Shown one piece after another: positions 43,701 through 45,893 of a stretch of 45,893 bases of DNA (position 1 is the first letter of the stretch; every line of letters begins with the position of its first letter). A program made the translations under genes and the position numbers. The stretch lies in the NCBI GenBank assembly GCA_964574525.1, contig CAZNOE010000003.1, positions 1-45,893 of the forward strand, given 5' to 3'. Source of the DNA: an uncultured Bifidobacteriaceae bacterium. Lineage in GTDB: Bacteria; Verrucomicrobiota; Verrucomicrobiia; Limisphaerales; JADLHS01. The notes under the pieces are model-generated. The model had not been told where the DNA came from, made no database searches, and saw only the letters and a program-made list of their open reading frames with translations.

Positions 43701-44276
43701 TCCGGCTCCGACGTCGAGCGCCGCGCGGTGATACCAATCCCCCGCGCTGTAGTAGGTGCTGAACGCCACGTCGTGCCGCGGACAGGCCGCTGCCAGTTCC
43801 TTGAGCACATCCCGCTTGAAAGGCGTGTTGCCGATATGGTGGTCCGTGTACTTGGATGGCCACAGGCAGAACCCGTCATGGTGCTTGGTCGTGATGATCA
43901 GGTACTTCATGCCGGCGTCACTGGCCGTCTGCGCCCAGGCGTCGGCGTTGAAATTCGTGGGATTGAATCGCTGGTAGATCTGGTCGTATTCCTCGATCGG
44001 CGTCTTCGTGCCGCGCGACCAACTGAGTTCCTGCCCCGTCAACGTCACCGGCCCCCAGTGGATGAACATGCCGAAACGCATGTCCTGCCATGCCTTCACC
44101 GCTTTGGGATCCGCCTTGGGCCAGATTCGGTCATCCCCCTTGCTGCCCTGCGCTAGAGACGAGATGCCCTTCACCCCCGCGCCGATCGGGGCCGAACCTG
44201 GTTCTTCCGCACCGTACGCGTGAAGGAGGGTGGTCATTGCAAGAATGACGGCTATTGCATGTTTAATAGTGAGCAT
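40728..44276 (-). CDS. Secreted fusion of a GH29 alpha-L-fucosidase (N-terminal) and a GH101/GH129-like (endo-alpha-N-acetylgalactosaminidase-like) barrel (C-terminal)
   Basis: ATG at 44274-44276 with signal peptide MLTIKHAIAVILAMTTLLHAYGA. GH29 motifs are RFGMFIHWGP, TTKHHDGFCLWPS and TMWFDGS. The C-terminal ~600 aa carry IIYLVGWQKGGHDHGYPAW, SLHINMTDAY, TIHVDVF and VTGEG, which I recall as GH101-type. That half is less certain. Confidence 0.75.
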   Translation of the reverse strand: MLTIKHAIAVILAMTTLLHAYGAEEPGSAPIGAGVKGISSLAQGSKGDDRIWPKADPKAVKAWQDMRFGMFIHWGPVTLTGQELSWSRGTKTPIEEYDQIYQRFNPTNFNADAWAQTASDAGMKYLIITTKHHDGFCLWPSKYTDHHIGNTPFKRDVLKELAAACPRHDVAFSTYYSAGDWYHRAALDVGAGDAKPNANHERYMVYMRNQLEELVTNYGPLLTMWFDGSDYIKKAQGFPVMLGLRALQPNILINNRLYSDGAPGGRELTLQRTVGDYSTPEQFIGDFERERPWESCITIGTQWSWKPNDQLKSVKQCLQMLLHTVGGDGNLLLNIGPMADGRIEPRQVEELKEMGAWLKMYGRGIYGTRGGPFKPGHWGVSTCKDNRIFIFVMQWPKKGALKLPPLPVKVRSSTLLSGGELKLDQSDEGISITVPKEGRRDIASVIELTVDGKALDIPPVDVKMAGAGFKPAVAQVTLDRSRVSAGDTVQATYTFHSSGPAAQDLQTFVHVVRPDGRHIGADFEPDLPTSEWPEGAFVREGPFPIAVPADAQPGKYEVWVGMFSSGGERVQFDNADRLRGDREYCVAEFEVMPPGIATVEEAAVFKWLPVVEAKVITAPLPPSATGLQELERIEISVSPKVLNPVLEPKVHGKLTLTGIYADGSRRVLKHSQAVLEARTMDASGGVQVVAIEGDRVVAREGGLATIEAAIRLPGKRLVAATEVVVRPFYREYHQNLVMKLFLGMEGEPVERLAKLNLPEFRTEDRVMCTLEQALEVIRKTDNLTRGIPKIIYLVGWQKGGHDHGYPAWDEVNPKLKRPQDATALDSLRWLIREGRKYNTTVSLHINMTDAYEQSPVWDEYLAKDCISKDENGKPYSRTSQIKGEPVYTVVYPNEWAAGLAQRRIDKLIAMIPELKEGHTIHVDVFIAQDEGAKPLSPWHAKPENGGYSPERLVETQRKIFHYWRERGFDVTGEGTGWAHPPGEHFVGLQPMSWWYSWNQMAIPECLGARGRTSRDGDGDFRFGSSMHGEEIWKEDKERMPGFLGMFCRTTLPWYFLSRHERVKFENEALYYSDGVVARTEDGKNIIRKGDFVLRENDNLFVPALWRMEKEIIAYSREGYENKSWLLPEDWRDIKGVDTYRVTMEGCVPMKKGVEAATGRLTLSLPPDEAVSIVPAGTRVAHR

Positions 44277-44408
44277 GTTCTCTTCGTTTTATTCTACGCT
44301 TTTCGACATTTACGATGGCTTGGTCGCGGGGTGCGCCGGAGGCCAACCTCTGATTCCCAGACCAGCACCAGCCACAGGAGCGACACGATCCCGGAATCCA
44401 CCTCTCCC

Positions 44409-44452
44409 GGCAATCCGATTAGGCGCAGAAAACATCCGCGTTTGCGCAAAAG
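44409..44452 (-). promoter_or_regulatory. Conserved 44-nt intergenic element, copy B, upstream of the GH29-fusion operon and just downstream of the regulator gene
   Basis: See copy A. It lies 133-176 nt upstream of the ATG at 44276 and 49 nt downstream of the regulator stop at 44501. Confidence 0.6.
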
Positions 44453-44500
44453 GATGAAGTCCTGATGGTGCGGGTGCTCCGTGCGTTGCGGGAACCAGGC

Positions 44501-45658
44501 TCAGGCCTTCGGTTCTTTGGACGCCGGGAGGTGATTTCGGCGGTAACTCGTCGGCGACCTTCCCTCCAACCTCCGGAAAAGGGCATGCAATTGCTGAAGG
44601 TGCTCGATGCCCAGGATTTCGGCGATCCGTTCCAGCGGGTAGTCGGTATGAAGCAACAGGTGCTTGATCGAGTCCACCATCCGCCGTCGGAGGAAAGCCG
44701 CCACGGAAGTCTGGAAATGCTCACGGAACCGGTGCTCCAGCGCCCGGCGGCAAACTCCGGCGGTGCGGGCCACTTCCTCCACCGTGATTCGCCTGCCGGC
44801 CGTGTTCCGAATGAACGACAGCGCCTTGATCATATGAGGATCGGTCACGGCTTCCCAGGCGGTGGACACCCGCTCGACCACGCCCAGCGGCTGAATGCGA
44901 GGCGCGGCTCCGGGATCGCGTCCGCGCATCAACTGGTCGAGCCGCTCAGCCAGGGCCGTCCCGATGCCCACCGCATCGGTATCGATGCTCGAGAGCGAGG
45001 GATGGGCGAGCTGGCAAAGCAGCGAATCGTTGTCAACGCCCAGAATGGAGAGTTGCTCGGGAACGGTGCGGCCGCATTCGCGGGCGGGTCCGAGGATCTG
45101 GGCCGCCCGCTCGTCGGTGGCGCACAGGACGGCGCAGGGGGTGGGAAGGGAAAGCAGGAACTGCCGTTCGGCTTCCTCGCCCTCCCCGCAGCGACCGCCT
45201 GCCCGGGTGGTGTCGAGGACGCGGGCGGGCTTGTGGCCGGCCCGCGCTAGCGCCGCCTGGAATCCGTGTTCCCGTTCAACGGAATAGACTGCATCACGGA
45301 AGCCGATGAAGGCGAAATGGGGGAAGCCCTTGCCGATGAAATACTGCGCCGCGAGCACGCCGACAGCCTTGTTGTCAGTGTCGGGAACGTCGTCCGGAGT
45401 CGGCCTGCCGGGCTCGTTGGCGCAGCCGACGACCGCGATCCCCTTTGCCGCCAACTTGGGCGAGAAACGCAGCCTGCCCGCCCGGGTGATCACCCCGTCT
45501 CCGTTCCAATCGCGCAGCCATGCGGGCTCCGCGCGATTCAGCCCACCCTGCTCGTAACGCAACCGCCAGCCGGCGAGCTGCGCGTAGCGCGCAATACCCT
45601 GCAGCAGGTCCCGCCCATACTGGGTCGAGCTTTCAACGAGAACCGCAACGATGCGCAT
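44501..45658 (-). CDS. XylR-like transcriptional regulator: periplasmic-binding-protein-type sugar sensor domain plus an AraC-family HTH
   Basis: Trimmed to the ATG at 45656-45658 (MRIVAVLVESSTQYGRDLLQGIARYA...). The C-terminal part has two AraC HTH units: ITVEEVARTAGVCRRALEHRFREH and LERIAEILGIEHLQQLHALFRRLEGRSPTSYRR. Confidence 0.85.
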   Translation of the reverse strand: MRIVAVLVESSTQYGRDLLQGIARYAQLAGWRLRYEQGGLNRAEPAWLRDWNGDGVITRAGRLRFSPKLAAKGIAVVGCANEPGRPTPDDVPDTDNKAVGVLAAQYFIGKGFPHFAFIGFRDAVYSVEREHGFQAALARAGHKPARVLDTTRAGGRCGEGEEAERQFLLSLPTPCAVLCATDERAAQILGPARECGRTVPEQLSILGVDNDSLLCQLAHPSLSSIDTDAVGIGTALAERLDQLMRGRDPGAAPRIQPLGVVERVSTAWEAVTDPHMIKALSFIRNTAGRRITVEEVARTAGVCRRALEHRFREHFQTSVAAFLRRRMVDSIKHLLLHTDYPLERIAEILGIEHLQQLHALFRRLEGRSPTSYRRNHLPASKEPKA

Positions 45659-45893
45659 AGTGAGAATATGCCAGCCTATTGAAGGCGCGGGTGAAAGCAA
45701 AGCAGGTTTGTTCACTGTGAGCCAGCCCCAGCCCGCCCGCCGCCTTGTATCCCGGCACTGCCCCGGAGCGCCGATTTTCAGTCGGTTTAGCCCGCGGCGC
45801 GCCCAGCCCGCCCTTGAGAATCGCGCCAATTGGTCAAACGTCACTATTCACGGCTTTCCGATTAACTGGCAGGAATGATGAGGGATTGGAGGT

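Noticed and set aside
45857-45880. Possible third copy of the 44-nt element upstream of the regulator gene (shared tccgatta...gcag).
   Set aside because: Only about 16 of 23 positions match, the palindrome TTTGCGCAAA is absent, and the window ends at 45893. That is not distinguishable from chance.
1-45893. Mobile elements, prophage, defence islands and CRISPR arrays.
   Set aside because: I saw no transposase, integrase or recombinase motifs, no terminal inverted repeats and no short regularly spaced direct repeats. The only sizeable repeat is the GH43-like gene duplication.

Overview
This high-GC segment looks like a glycan-utilisation neighbourhood of a PVC-type bacterium (Verrucomicrobiota or Planctomycetota). 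That placement rests on three things: H-X9-DG prepilin-like genes, PVC-type haem-binding 'membrane-bound dehydrogenase' giants, and a DUF6807 region.

**Layout**
- **35-25266:** an unbroken 25-kb run of minus-strand genes.
  - Three 'prepilin-like protein + small lipoprotein' cassettes.
  - A sodium:solute symporter and a YhcH/DUF386 protein.
  - A periplasmic redox operon: Tat-Gfo/Idh/MocA, HIBADH-like, Tat-amidohydrolase_2, and a 1356-aa propeller/HEAT/cytochrome c/DUF6807 fusion.
  - A LamG-glycosidase-like protein and a BNR sialidase-like protein.
  - A ~1480-aa penta-haem protein.
  - Two paralogous GH43-like genes, both disrupted.
- **25458-35672:** a tightly packed plus-strand ten-gene corrinoid (B12) methyl-transfer operon. 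It holds a URO-D-like methyltransferase, a corrinoid protein, a small ORF, an MTHFR fused to an MTHFR_C domain, a pterin-binding methyltransferase, an amidohydrolase, a RACo-like activase, a MetH-activation-domain protein with an unknown Cys-rich tail, a homocysteine-binding methyltransferase, and an orphan ORF. This is my best candidate for an undescribed system.
- **35828-45658:** a minus-strand CAZyme operon (GH29 fused to a GH101-like domain, GH172, GH127, GH172) with an XylR/AraC-type regulator. Two copies of a conserved 44-nt intergenic element lie in it.

**Not seen:** rRNA, tRNA, CRISPR, transposase or integrase.

**Limits:** all family calls come from motif recognition by eye. No searches or computations were run, and start codons are provisional.
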